Shown piece by piece: positions 11,232-21,826 of a stretch of 32,000 bases of DNA (its first letter is position 1; the number at the start of each line of letters is the position of its first letter). This stretch comes from Candidatus Moranella endobia PCIT (GTDB taxonomy: Bacteria > Pseudomonadota > Gammaproteobacteria > Enterobacterales > Enterobacteriaceae): positions 450,001-482,000 of the forward strand of contig NC_015735.1 of the NCBI RefSeq assembly GCF_000219175.1, written 5' to 3'. Made by a program: the position numbers and the translations under genes. The notes below the pieces were generated by a model. It did no database searches. It worked only from the letters and a program-made list of their open reading frames with translations, and had not been told where the DNA came from.

Positions 11232-11800
11232 ATGAAAGACAACATATACATCAAAGAAGTCGCACCTTAGCGATAATTTCGCACCCTGACGCCGGTAAAA
11301 CGACAATCAATGCTGTTATTAGGCCAGGAGATTCAACCATCCGGTGCCGTTAATAGCAGCCGCTTCTATCGCCAACATAATCCATCCGACTGGATGGCCA
11401 TGGAACAACAACGTTGTATTTCTATGTGTATTTATATTACCACCTCTGTGATGCAATTTACTTACCACCAGACGCTGATTTATCTGTTAGATACGCCGAG
11501 ACATGAAGATTTCTCCGAAGATACTTCTCGCAGACTGCTGTTTGATGGTGATTGATGCCGCAAAATGGGTTGAAGATCGTACCAGTAAGCTAGCGCAACA
11601 ATTCGCTTCATCTGGCTATCGATGGCGTTGATAACATATCTTATATCGCGACAAGCATGGTCAAGTTGAAGTTTAATCAGGAACGCTACACATATTCATT
11701 ATATTCATTTACGTCACACAGGAGAAAATTAATGGTAACTATGAGCAGCGCCTAGCCTGGTGGCGTAAGCTGCTTGTACCTACAACAGCAAACTAGGAAG
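11232..11800 (+). pseudogene. prfC: prfC (peptide chain release factor 3), multiply frameshifted remnant of the N-terminal third
   Basis: Frame-broken segments: MKDNIYIKEVA / [15 protein letters not shown] / [56 protein letters not shown] / [17 protein letters not shown] / HILYRDKHGQVEV*SGTLH. These follow RF3 order; right boundary approximate. Confidence 0.9.
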
Positions 11801-11954
11801 GTTTCAGCAACTAAGCAACATTTTTCCATCTCACGATCTACAAAAATCATCGGACAAACCGTAAACCAGCGAAGCTGAACACTATGTCCACTATGTTGAA
11901 CACGATGTACTACACTATGTCGCTGCTATCATTATACATATTATAATTGATGCT

Positions 11955-14900
11955 TTATTTTTTTTTGCGTTTTGTTGGCTCACAGTGCGCTATATTAAAC
12001 ATAACAGGTGGTAGCAAATATCGTTCAGCTGCCAATATCATCGCTTCAATATGTTTTGCCTCCAGCTGACGAATCAACAGCTGGAGGTAAGGATCAGTGC
12101 CTTCTCCGGGAACATGGTAATTTCCCTGCCAAGCCTGGATTAGTTTATTCCGGGCTTGAAACTGCCTGCGCTCGTTGCGGTCGATGCTTTTGGTCATTGC
12201 ATCGTAACTGTTACTTAGCCATGCTCCTCCTGAGCGGGGTAAAAGCAGCAGCGGAGACGACATCCCCTGACAGTAACCAGTAACCATCACCAGCAAAAAT
12301 GTTTTCGCTTGACAGATGTTCATAGGTGCGAACCGCCACTCGCCGTGCACACCAAACATCCGGCTTTCACCTTCGCCGCCCATGGCGCAGTAAGCTAAGT
12401 GTTCTAACCATAGCAGCAGACCATCCCTGGTAGACAACGTGCCTGGACGCCAGCGAAGCAAGCCATTAACTTGTACCCGCTGTAACCAGCCGGATAGCTT
12501 TATATCGTTCACGGTCAGAGAAACTTGGAATCTTGGCGTTTCTGGCAATCGCCATGGCCGCACCTTTTCAGATAGTACCATCATCTCCTGGTACTGCTTT
12601 GCCAAATACAGCTCGCCGAACGCGCCATCTGGCAATAGACCTGCGGCGCGCCACTGGTGGAATAACTGGGCGATATTTTCACCGTTAATAAGAGCATTTA
12701 CCAGCTGATCATTGAGTTGATAACGGGTAAAACCGTTGAGATTAAACGGTTCATTAGTCTTCTGTTCAAGCGACTTATAGTGAACAACAGAGAGTGCCAA
12801 GCGCTGCACAAACCAGGCGCGAACCGGGTGGTGATAAAAGCGTAGCAGTTCATCTAGGGCCAGCGTGTAGTATGGCTGCGCTTTCAATGGCGCAATAAAA
12901 TCTGGAATAGGCTTGCCCTTAGCACTAGCAGCCGGCAGCCACTCTTTTGCAAAACTTTGGTGTTCGCTGCCTGGCAGAAAATTTTCCGGCGCGAAAGGCA
13001 TGCGACTATGCCACTGCAACAGATGCGAGCGTACACGTTTAGCTCTATTTTCAGCATCTACGTACTCATCACCAAGTAGATAAAAACTGTGGGCGATATA
13101 ATCAATCAGCTCACTAACCAGTACTGAAGGATAGCGCGGGGTATTGTCCTGAATATCACGGCCGATAAAACTAATATACAGCCGCTGCTGTGCAGAAAAT
13201 AGCGCCTCTAGAAACATATAACGGTCATCATCTCGTTGGCAGCGATCGCCGCTTCGTGGCTGCTGCGCCATCAGATTGAACCAAGCCGGCTGAATTGAGC
13301 GCGGGTAGACGCTGTCGTTCATGCCTAGTATGCATATTACCCGGAAAGCAAGAGAACGCATCGGCATCATAGTACAGAAGTTAATAGTTCCCGTCAGAAA
13401 TTGTTGGCTTAACTGTTCCTGATCCAACCGTGCGGCAAGCTCATACTGCAGTATTGTCACCGGCACCGGTTGGTTATATCCAACCTGCAAGCAGCATTTC
13501 AGTACCTGCTGGCATTGATTTGCCAGCAGCGCTAGCGCCGCTTCTGCATCAGCGTCTGGCATGAAGAAATCATTGATTATTTCGCATATGTAATTGATCC
13601 AGGCGGCAATGGATCTGGGCTGGGCCAGCAGGTCGCGCCACTTGCGTAGCTGCATCAACAGCTCAGCCAGTTGGCGAATATGCTGGCCAGTAGCGTACAT
13701 CAGCTCGCTGAGTAAAGTTTCATCCAGTCCCCAACAAATACCTGATTCCTCCATATACTGGCGCAATAGCCGAAGTCCCGGCTCGTTAATCGCAAAGCGT
13801 GCTGCTAGCGCTGGGACTTCCAGCAACGCTAGTACCTGGTTGGCGTCAACGTGTTTACATGGTAATTCTAGTATACTGAAAAAAGCTGACAGCACAGGAT
13901 GAATATGCCGCACCCTCCTGTCAGAAATAGCGAACGGCAGATAGCGCTGCTTGTTGCCGTCATTGCCGAACACAGCCTGGATCGCTGGTGTATAACGTTC
14001 AATATCGGCAACCATTACAATTATTTCGCGGGGGCGCAGTGTCTGGTCTTCCACCATCATCGCCAATAGGCTGTCGTGCAGAACTTCCACCTCCCTCTGC
14101 GTGCTATGGCAGACATGCAAGCTCAGTGAGCGATCATCTAACCGTAGTGGCCGCTGGTCGTTGCCCTGAGTAAGCGGCTGACCGACAAGACTACTACTAA
14201 TAACCGTGTGATTTTCAAGCTCTAGAATATCTCTCTGCAGCAGACTCAATAAAGTATTGCCCGCTGGCTCAACAAACGCATCCACCTCTGCAATACCTTC
14301 CATCTGCGCTAACAGATAAATATGATCGCGTCCCTGCTTGCCCCAGGCTGCCAGCAGCGGATTACCTATGTGCTGCTGTTCTCCAATAGTGTTAAATAGT
14401 GATTCTGCTTGTGCTGGGCGCCTAAATAGTGCTTGCTCTTTCTTCGGTTGTGGATATTGCCAGCGGTGGCGGTGTAACAGACGCCTGAGAACAGCGTGAT
14501 CAAGAATATCCCCCCAATAATAGCGGCAGGGATTGGTGAACAACAGATGAATGTCGATATGCTTTCCTAATGCTTGAAAAACTTTTAGGTAGGTAGGTGG
14601 CAGCGAAGAAATGCCGCAGATAAATACTCTATCTGGCAATCCTGGCGGCCGCATCGTACTGTGCACCAAAGTATGGATAAAACGCTTATAAAGATTGGCG
14701 TAATGCCAAAGAGGTTTACCGGCTTGTGCTGTATCATCTATCAATACCCGCCACACAGATGCTTGCCAGCGTTGTGTCTTTTCATGCACGTTAGCAATTA
14801 ATTTGCCACGTTGCCAATTTTCCAGCCAGTCAGGGCGGTATACCATATACTGTTCGAACAACTCAGCCAACCTGGTGGCGAACTGAAAACATTTACGATG

Positions 14901-15260
14901 ATCATGGTCATCACGCAAATATTCGCTTATTACCTCACAATCTGGCTGCTGGCACAGACGTGGCAGCAGCGCCATAAGTCTCCAGGTAATGTTAGATTTG
15001 GCCAATGCGCTTTCTTCAGGAATATTTGGTAGGATGCGAGTAAACATCTGCCAAATGAAGCTCGCCGGCCGTGGAAATTCCAGGTTAGCAGCAATACCGA
15101 AATTTGCCGCCAATTCCAACTGTATCCACTGTGCAATACCGTTGCTTTGCACAATAATTACTTCTGGTTGGAAAGGATCGCGCAGCGGCCGGCCAGTGAT
15201 AAGCGCCGCGGTAATGGTCTTAAGCATATCTAACTGATTAGAATGATAAACGGTTAACAT
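11955..15260 (-). CDS. recC: RecC, exodeoxyribonuclease V subunit gamma
   Basis: Start MLTVYHSNQLDML at 15260; FGIAANLEFPRPASFIWQMF, RVFICGISSLPPTYL, IHLLFTNPCRYYWGDI, REVEVLHDSLLAM, IVMVADIERYTP, GMNDSVYPR, SGDRCQRDDDRY; near full length (1101 aa). Confidence 0.96.
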   Translation of the reverse strand: MLTVYHSNQLDMLKTITAALITGRPLRDPFQPEVIIVQSNGIAQWIQLELAANFGIAANLEFPRPASFIWQMFTRILPNIPEESALAKSNITWRLMALLPRLCQQPDCEVISEYLRDDHDHRKCFQFATRLAELFEQYMVYRPDWLENWQRGKLIANVHEKTQRWQASVWRVLIDDTAQAGKPLWHYANLYKRFIHTLVHSTMRPPGLPDRVFICGISSLPPTYLKVFQALGKHIDIHLLFTNPCRYYWGDILDHAVLRRLLHRHRWQYPQPKKEQALFRRPAQAESLFNTIGEQQHIGNPLLAAWGKQGRDHIYLLAQMEGIAEVDAFVEPAGNTLLSLLQRDILELENHTVISSSLVGQPLTQGNDQRPLRLDDRSLSLHVCHSTQREVEVLHDSLLAMMVEDQTLRPREIIVMVADIERYTPAIQAVFGNDGNKQRYLPFAISDRRVRHIHPVLSAFFSILELPCKHVDANQVLALLEVPALAARFAINEPGLRLLRQYMEESGICWGLDETLLSELMYATGQHIRQLAELLMQLRKWRDLLAQPRSIAAWINYICEIINDFFMPDADAEAALALLANQCQQVLKCCLQVGYNQPVPVTILQYELAARLDQEQLSQQFLTGTINFCTMMPMRSLAFRVICILGMNDSVYPRSIQPAWFNLMAQQPRSGDRCQRDDDRYMFLEALFSAQQRLYISFIGRDIQDNTPRYPSVLVSELIDYIAHSFYLLGDEYVDAENRAKRVRSHLLQWHSRMPFAPENFLPGSEHQSFAKEWLPAASAKGKPIPDFIAPLKAQPYYTLALDELLRFYHHPVRAWFVQRLALSVVHYKSLEQKTNEPFNLNGFTRYQLNDQLVNALINGENIAQLFHQWRAAGLLPDGAFGELYLAKQYQEMMVLSEKVRPWRLPETPRFQVSLTVNDIKLSGWLQRVQVNGLLRWRPGTLSTRDGLLLWLEHLAYCAMGGEGESRMFGVHGEWRFAPMNICQAKTFLLVMVTGYCQGMSSPLLLLPRSGGAWLSNSYDAMTKSIDRNERRQFQARNKLIQAWQGNYHVPGEGTDPYLQLLIRQLEAKHIEAMILAAERYLLPPVMFNIAHCEPTKRKKK

Positions 15261-15288
15261 AATGCACAACTTATTGCTAATTGCCAGA

Positions 15289-16242
15289 TTATTGATACAA
15301 CCGCACTACCAGCTGCGACCTAAACTTAGATAGACCACCGCTTGGTGTAGGCTGGTCGGCGTATTCATGCATTTGACGTGTACGTATCTGTATTTCCAGG
15401 GTTTTACTGCGTGGGCCCAATACCACGGTATGAATTAACTGATAGCCGTTTGGTTTTGGTTTGGCGACGTAGTCGTCGAACTTTTACGGCAAATAGTAAA
15501 AATTCTTATGCACAATGTTGAGTATAGCATAGCAGTCCTGCAGACGCTGCACTATTACCCGCACCGCGGGTACGTCGAATAGCTAGTTGAATGTTAGCAG
15601 CGCCTTGTTCTGCATTTTGCGCCATATACTTATTTATACTATATATGTGTTTCGGCCGACCGTAGATATCGGCCTTCAGCCCTTCTTCCTGCACAGCATC
15701 AAGTAATGAAGCGACGATCCATACGCCTATTATGTAATAATGTCTTCATCAGGAGGCAGGTAGCGGAAAAAGAACTCCTCCAGCTCCCACTTAATATGGC
15801 CTATGCCGAGGCGGTTAGCGAGCGGGGAATAAATATTGGTGCTTTCTTGTGCAGCTAGCACTTGCTCTTCTGCCGGCGCATCCTTCAACTCGCGCAAATA
15901 ATCGATACTCTCAGCTAGTTTTATGACCATTCAGCAAATCATCGATGATCGCCAGCAATACTTTTGATGCCATCATCAGTCAATATTGGGGCGGCCTATA
16001 AGGCACTATGATTGATGCCTGGGCCATTCTGGCAGTGTCGGTATCGGTGGCGTACTGGACTGTAGACTCACTCACCAGACCATCATCGAGGACAACTGTT
16101 TTAGCGGCGCAAGTTACGACATCGTTATCTTCGATCGTTAAAACGGTCAAGTAGTGCATTACGGCGCCTGGTTTATAGCCGCACGTTGATTGTAAAAGGA
16201 GATGCATAATACTTGTAGTACAGTTGGTATCAATGAATTATT
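15289..16242 (-). pseudogene. relA: relA (GTP pyrophosphokinase), degraded remnant with frameshifts, stops and internal deletions
   Basis: Minus-strand pieces in RelA order: LLLQSTCGYKPGAVMHYLTVLTIE / KVLLAIIDDL / MVIKLAESIDYLRELKDAPAEEQVLAAQESTNIYSPLANRLGIGHIKWELEEFFFRYLPPDE / EEGLKADIYGRPKHIYSI / FDVPAVRVIVQRLQDCYAILNIVHKNFYYLP* / KFDDYVAKPKPNGYQLIHTVVLGPRSKTLEIQIRTRQMHEYAD. Boundaries approximate. Confidence 0.93.
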
Positions 16243-16284
16243 ACGCACTATCGACTATGACTAATACAGCGCTAGCAAATCCGG

Positions 16285-16341
16285 TCATGATTCAGTCACA
16301 TAGCTAATGGAACTTAACCTGCCCACATCCATACACCTAGC
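16285..16341 (-). pseudogene. Possible last vestige of rlmD (23S rRNA m5U1939 methyltransferase) C-terminus
   Basis: Minus strand reads ARCMDVGRLSSISYVTES*; compare enteric RlmD end ..LDMFPHTGHLESMVLFSR. Weak sequence match supported mainly by the E. coli order rlmD-relA. Confidence 0.3.
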
Positions 16342-16436
16342 AGAGCAGCTGCTCAGAGCAGAATGATGGTCGCTATATCTGTTTGATTGGCGCAGGTTGT
16401 TCCGCAGCAGCGTCTATTCCTTTTCACAGCCCAAGC

Positions 16437-16464
16437 TTGCTTCCTATACAGATTTACGTATAAT
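16437..16464 (+). promoter_or_regulatory. Putative S10 operon promoter
   Basis: TTGCTT (16437-16442), 16-bp spacer, TATAAT (16459-16464), about 200 bp upstream of rpsJ. Confidence 0.7.
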
Positions 16465-16470
16465 GCGCCG

Positions 16471-16973
<503 letters not shown>

Positions 16974-17010
16974 TCAGGTCGTTGAAAGAAAAGATGGAGA
17001 GGTTGAAACA

Positions 17011-17640
17011 ATGAAGGGTTTAATAGGACGTAAAATGAGTATGACTCGCATCTTCAACAAAGATGGCGTTTCTATCCCCGTCACCGTTATTGAAATACAA
17101 GTCAATCGTGTGACTCAAATTAAAGAACTGGAACACGACGGATACCGTGCAATCCAGGTTACGGTTGGAACCAAAAAAAGCAATCGCTTAACCAAAGCGG
17201 AAGCAGGTCATTTTGCTAAGGCTGGCGTTGAAGCTGGCCGAGGCCTGTGGGAATTTCGCGTCCAAGACGATGATCAAGTGAAAGTTGGCCAACTTATCAC
17301 TGTGGCCATTTTTGCTAATGTAAAAAAAGTAGATGTTACTGGTACATCTAAGGGTAAAGGCTTTACCGGCACTGTAAAGCGCTGGAACTTCCGTACACAG
17401 GATGCTACCCACGGTAACTCTTTGTCCCACCGCGTTCCCGGTTCTATCGGTCAGAACCAGACTCCAGGTAAGGTATTCAAGGGTAAAAAAATAGCAGGCC
17501 AGCTAGGCAACGAACGCATAACTGTTCAGGGTCTGGACGTAGTTCGTATTGACGTAGAACGCAACCTACTGTTGGTTAAAGGCGCCGTACCGGGAGCCAC
17601 TGGTGGTGACCTGATAGTTAAACCGGCTGTTAAGGCGTAA
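17011..17640 (+). CDS. rplC: Ribosomal protein L3
   Basis: [28 protein letters not shown]; operon position. Confidence 0.99.
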   Translation: MKGLIGRKMSMTRIFNKDGVSIPVTVIEIQVNRVTQIKELEHDGYRAIQVTVGTKKSNRLTKAEAGHFAKAGVEAGRGLWEFRVQDDDQVKVGQLITVAIFANVKKVDVTGTSKGKGFTGTVKRWNFRTQDATHGNSLSHRVPGSIGQNQTPGKVFKGKKIAGQLGNERITVQGLDVVRIDVERNLLLVKGAVPGATGGDLIVKPAVKA

Positions 17641-17658
17641 CGTCGAGGAGATAGTATA

Positions 17659-18264
17659 ATGGAATTGGTATTGAAAGACGCGCAAAACGCGCTGACTGTT
17701 TCCGACACTACCTTCGGGCGTGACTTCAATGAAGCACTGGTTAACCAAGTGGTGGTGGCTTACACAGCTGGTGCTCGTCAGGGGACCCGTGGTCAGAAAA
17801 ATCGTGCCGAGGTTACTGGTTCAGGTAAAAAACCATGGCGTCAGAAAGGTACCGGTCGTGCACGTTCCGGTAGCGTTCAGAGCCCTATTTGGCGTTCTGG
17901 TAGCGTCACTTTTGCCGCAAAAACGCAAGATCATAGCCAGAAAGTAAATAAGAAGATGTACCGTGGAGCGCTGAAAAGCATTCTATCTGAACTGGTACGT
18001 CAGGATCGTTTAATCGTTGTTGAACAATTCTCGATCGAAGCGCCGAAAACAAAACTGCTAGTACAGAAACTGCAAGAGATGGCGTTAGAAGATGTACTGA
18101 TTATTACTCGCAAACAGGACAAAAATTTGTTCCTAGCTGCACGTAATATATACAAAGTAGAGTTATGCTACGCCCAAGGTATCGACCCGGTTAGTTTGAT
18201 CACCTTCGATAAAGTAGTTATAACAGTTGATGCTGTTAAGCAAGTTGAGGAGATGCTGGCATGA
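17659..18264 (+). CDS. rplD: Ribosomal protein L4
   Basis: [44 protein letters not shown]. Confidence 0.99.
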   Translation: MELVLKDAQNALTVSDTTFGRDFNEALVNQVVVAYTAGARQGTRGQKNRAEVTGSGKKPWRQKGTGRARSGSVQSPIWRSGSVTFAAKTQDHSQKVNKKMYRGALKSILSELVRQDRLIVVEQFSIEAPKTKLLVQKLQEMALEDVLIITRKQDKNLFLAARNIYKVELCYAQGIDPVSLITFDKVVITVDAVKQVEEMLA

Positions 18265-18599
18265 TTAGTGAAGAACGTCTACTTAAAGTATTGTGCGCGC
18301 CGCATGTTTCTGAAAAATCATCTCCAGCGATGGGCAAACACAACACCATAGTCATAAAAGTATTAAAAGATGCGACTAAAAAAACCATCAAAACCGCTGT
18401 AAATAAATTATTTGGAATCGAAGTTAATAACGTACGTACCCTAGTGGTCAAAGGGAAAACCAAACGTCAAGGAAAGCTTATCGGTTGTCGTAGCGATTGG
18501 AAAAAAGCCTACATCACCCTCAAAGCAGGAGAGAAATTGGATTTTATTGGCGGCAGCGCAGAGATAAGTCGTAGGAGTAAGAACCATGGCAATGGTTAA
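18261..18599 (+). CDS. rplW: Ribosomal protein L23
   Basis: [24 protein letters not shown]; operon position. Confidence 0.98.
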   Translation: MISEERLLKVLCAPHVSEKSSPAMGKHNTIVIKVLKDATKKTIKTAVNKLFGIEVNNVRTLVVKGKTKRQGKLIGCRSDWKKAYITLKAGEKLDFIGGSAEISRRSKNHGNG

Positions 18600-19407
18600 A
18601 TGTAAACCGACATCGCCTGGGAGGCGCCACGTTGTTAAAGTGGTCAACCCTGAGCTACATAAAGGTAAACCATATACTCCATTGCTGGAAAAACTCAGCA
18701 AATCCGGTGGACGTAACAACCATGGCCGCATTACTACGCGCCATATTGGCGGTGGTCACAAGCAACATTATCGAATACTGGATTTCAAACGGAATAAAGA
18801 TGGTATACCAGCATTAGTAGAACGTCTGGAGTATGATCCAAACCGTTCTGCCAACATAGCACTTGTATTATATACCGATGGTGAACGTCGTTATATTTTG
18901 GCACCGAAAGACCTTAAGGTCGGTGATCAGATTCAATCTGGTGTCGATGCTGCAATCAAAACAGGTAACGCTCTACCAATGATAAATATTCCTGTCGGTT
19001 CCATTGTGCATAACGTTGAAATGAAACCTGGGAAAGGCGGTCAGCTTGCACGGTCTGCCGGTTCTTATGTTCAGATCTTGGCTCGTGACTGTAGCTATGT
19101 CACGCTACGTCTGCATTCCGGTGAAATACGTAAAATTCAGTCTGAATGCCGTGCAACCATAGGCGAAGTAGGTAATGCAGAACACATGCTACGTGTACTT
19201 GGTAAGGCTGGTGCCAGCCGTTATCTTGGTATACGTATGACCGTTAGAGGTACTGCGATGAACCCGGTAGATCACCCGCACGGTGGTGGTGAAGGTCGTA
19301 ACTTTGGTAAGCATCCAGTATCGCTGTGGGGTCTGCAGACCAAAGGTAAAAAGACCCGCAGTAATAAGCGTACTGATCATTTCATTGTACGTCAACGTAG
19401 CAAATAA
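18586..19407 (+). CDS. rplB: Ribosomal protein L2
   Basis: [39 protein letters not shown]. Confidence 0.99.
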   Translation: MAMVKCKPTSPGRRHVVKVVNPELHKGKPYTPLLEKLSKSGGRNNHGRITTRHIGGGHKQHYRILDFKRNKDGIPALVERLEYDPNRSANIALVLYTDGERRYILAPKDLKVGDQIQSGVDAAIKTGNALPMINIPVGSIVHNVEMKPGKGGQLARSAGSYVQILARDCSYVTLRLHSGEIRKIQSECRATIGEVGNAEHMLRVLGKAGASRYLGIRMTVRGTAMNPVDHPHGGGEGRNFGKHPVSLWGLQTKGKKTRSNKRTDHFIVRQRSK

Positions 19408-19425
19408 TATTACATAGGATAACCC

Positions 19426-19713
19426 ATGCCACGTTCCCTCAAAAAAGGTCCATTTATTGACCGGCACTTACTGAAGAAGGTAGAGCAAGCAGCAGAAAGC
19501 GGTGACAAGAAACCGATTCGTACTTGGTCCCGTCGTTCAACGATCTTTCCAAAAATGATCGGTTTTACTATTGCTGTACATAATGGTCGTCAACACGTGC
19601 CAATTTTTGTCGCCGATGAAATGGTCGGCCATAAACTAGGTGAATTTGCACCGACTCGTAATTATCGCGGCCATGCGGCCGACAAAAGGTCTAAAAACGT
19701 TAATAGTAGGTAG
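19426..19713 (+). CDS. rpsS: Ribosomal protein S19
   Basis: [40 protein letters not shown]. Confidence 0.99.
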   Translation: MPRSLKKGPFIDRHLLKKVEQAAESGDKKPIRTWSRRSTIFPKMIGFTIAVHNGRQHVPIFVADEMVGHKLGEFAPTRNYRGHAADKRSKNVNSR

Positions 19714-19722
19714 GAGGAAGAG

Positions 19723-20055
19723 ATGGAAACTATTGCTCAACAGCGCCACGCTTGTTCTTCTGCTCAAAAAGTTCGCCTGGTTGCTGACCTTATTCGTGGT
19801 AAAAAAGTGTCGCAAGCTTTAGAAATTCTCACCTATACCAACAAGAAAGCGGCAGGTTTAGTGAGGAAAGTAGTTGAGTCTGCTACTGCTAATGCTGAAC
19901 ACAACGATGGCGCAGATATAGATGATTTGAAAATAGCTAAGATTTTCATCGATGCAGGCACGAACATGAAGCGCATTATGCCACGTGCTAAGGGTCGTGC
20001 CGACCGTATCCTGAAGCGTACCAGCCATATTACTGTGGTTGTTTCTGATAGCTGA
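19723..20055 (+). CDS. rplV: Ribosomal protein L22
   Basis: [33 protein letters not shown]. Confidence 0.98.
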   Translation: METIAQQRHACSSAQKVRLVADLIRGKKVSQALEILTYTNKKAAGLVRKVVESATANAEHNDGADIDDLKIAKIFIDAGTNMKRIMPRAKGRADRILKRTSHITVVVSDS

Positions 20056-20072
20056 TAATCTGGAGATTAGCA

Positions 20073-20771
20073 ATGGGACAGAAAATACATCCGAATGGTA
20101 TTCGACTTGGTATTATTAAAAACTGGAACTCTACCTGGTATGCAAATACGAAAGAATTCGCTAACAACTTGGACAGTGACTTTAAAGTTCGTCAATTTCT
20201 GACCAAGGAATTGTCACAAGCTTCAGTTTCCCGTTTGGTTATCGAGCGGCCGGCAAAGAGTATTCGTGTAACTATTCACACCGCTCGTCCAGGTATCGTG
20301 ATCGGTAAAAAAGGCGAAGATGTCGAAAAACTGCGCAAAATTGTCGCAGATATAGCTGGCGTACCGGCGCAGATTAATATTGGTGAAGTACGTAAGCCGG
20401 AACTGGACGCCAAACTGGTTGCCGAAGGCATTTCTTCGCAATTGGAACGTCGTGTTATGTTCCGTCGGGCGATGAAACGTGCTGTTCAAAACTCCATGCG
20501 TCTCGGAGCTAAGGGAATTAAAGTGGAAGTTAGTGGTCGGCTGGGTGGTGCTGAAATCGCGCGTACTGAATGGTACCGTGAAGGTCGTGTGCCGTTACAC
20601 ACCCTGCGTGCTGATATCGACTACAATACCTCCGAAGCGCAAACTACTTACGGTGTCATTGGCGTAAAAGTGTGGATCTTCAAAGGTGAAATTTTTGGTA
20701 GTATGGTTTCCATTGCACAACCAGACCAGGCTAGTCAACTTAACAAGCAGCAGCGTAAAGGCCGACAGTAA
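20073..20771 (+). CDS. rpsC: Ribosomal protein S3
   Basis: [29 protein letters not shown]. Confidence 0.99.
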   Translation: MGQKIHPNGIRLGIIKNWNSTWYANTKEFANNLDSDFKVRQFLTKELSQASVSRLVIERPAKSIRVTIHTARPGIVIGKKGEDVEKLRKIVADIAGVPAQINIGEVRKPELDAKLVAEGISSQLERRVMFRRAMKRAVQNSMRLGAKGIKVEVSGRLGGAEIARTEWYREGRVPLHTLRADIDYNTSEAQTTYGVIGVKVWIFKGEIFGSMVSIAQPDQASQLNKQQRKGRQ

Positions 20772-20783
20772 GGAGATTGGCTG

Positions 20784-21194
20784 ATGTTACAACCAAAGCG
20801 TACAAAATTCAGTAAGATGCACAAAGGCCACAACCGTGGACTGGCAGCTAGTACGAATGTAAACTTCGGTACTTTTGGCCTGAAGGCTGTTGATCGTGGT
20901 CGGTTGACTGCTCGTCAAATCGAAGCAGCACGTCGTGCCATAACACGTGCAGTGAATCGTCAAGGTAAAATATGGATCCGAATTTTTCCGGATAAACCAA
21001 TAACTGAAAAACCGCTTGAAGTACGCATGGGAAAAGGTAAGGGTAACGTAGAATACTGGGTTGCCTTGATTCAGCCAGGTAAAGTCCTGTACGAAATTGA
21101 TGGCGTTTCAGAATATATTGCCCGTGTAGCCTTTAAGCTGGCAGCAACAAAACTGCCGATTAAAACAACTTTTATAAATAAAACGGTGATGTAA
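20784..21194 (+). CDS. rplP: Ribosomal protein L16
   Basis: [21 protein letters not shown]. Confidence 0.99.
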   Translation: MLQPKRTKFSKMHKGHNRGLAASTNVNFGTFGLKAVDRGRLTARQIEAARRAITRAVNRQGKIWIRIFPDKPITEKPLEVRMGKGKGNVEYWVALIQPGKVLYEIDGVSEYIARVAFKLAATKLPIKTTFINKTVM

Positions 21195-21385
21195 TGAAAG
21201 CAAATGATTTGCGTGAAAAAAGTGTTGACGAGCTTAACAAAGAACTGCTATCCCTACTTCGTGAGCAATTTAGCCTGCGCATGCAGGCTGTAAGCGGCCA
21301 GCTGCAACGGACTCACCTGTTAAAGCAGGTACGCCGTAATGTTGCGCGTGTAAAGCAGTTATTGACTTCGAAGGCTGGTGTGTAA
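21194..21385 (+). CDS. rpmC: Ribosomal protein L29
   Basis: [37 protein letters not shown]. Confidence 0.98.
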   Translation: MKANDLREKSVDELNKELLSLLREQFSLRMQAVSGQLQRTHLLKQVRRNVARVKQLLTSKAGV

Positions 21386-21642
21386 TGATTATTGACAAAA
21401 CACGTACTCTGCAAGGTCATGTCGTCAGTAACAAAATGGAAAAATCCATTGTTGTGGCCATTGAGCGTTTGGTGAAACACCCACTGTACGGTAAATTCAT
21501 AAAACGTACAACCAAGCTGCACGTACATGATGAGCACAATGAAAGCAAGATCGACGATATCGTTGAAATAAGAGAATGTCGTCCTATTTCCAAAACTAAG
21601 TCCTGGAATCTGGTTCGCGTTGTAGGGAAATTAGTTATGTAA
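21385..21642 (+). CDS. rpsQ: Ribosomal protein S17
   Basis: [44 protein letters not shown]. Confidence 0.98.
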   Translation: MIIDKTRTLQGHVVSNKMEKSIVVAIERLVKHPLYGKFIKRTTKLHVHDEHNESKIDDIVEIRECRPISKTKSWNLVRVVGKLVM

Positions 21643-21677
21643 AACTTTCTATTCAGTCAGTTTGTTCTAAACTGAGA

Positions 21678-21705
21678 CACGGCTGATGAGCCGTGGATTT
21701 TTTTT
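21678..21705 (+). terminator. Rho-independent terminator after rpsQ (end of S10 operon)
   Basis: CACGGCT-GATG-AGCCGTG stem-loop followed by T8. Confidence 0.85.
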
Positions 21706-21763
21706 CTATCCATCCGCCAAAAACAGTGTTATAATAAAATATAATCATGAATGGTAGGCATTT

Positions 21764-21794
21764 CTAATGACCTATCTCGTTCATTAGGTATAAT
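21764..21794 (+). promoter_or_regulatory. Putative spc operon promoter with overlapping inverted repeat
   Basis: TATAAT at 21789-21794; inverted repeat CTAATGA (21764-21770)/TCATTAG (21781-21787) overlaps the expected -35 zone; 33 bp before rplN. Confidence 0.5.
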
Positions 21795-21826
21795 GAATAA
21801 ATAGTTGACATTAGCGGAGTACTAAC

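Noticed and set aside
17188-17430. Antisense or alternative-frame ORFs within the ribosomal cluster and within recC, lonH, msbA and groL (e.g. 17188..17430-, 18441..18731-, 22104..21899-, 24642..25031-, 27516..27830-, 13594..13902+)
   Set aside because: Each lies over a strongly conserved essential gene in the correct frame; the proteins look compositionally random and have no family motifs, as expected from chance open frames.
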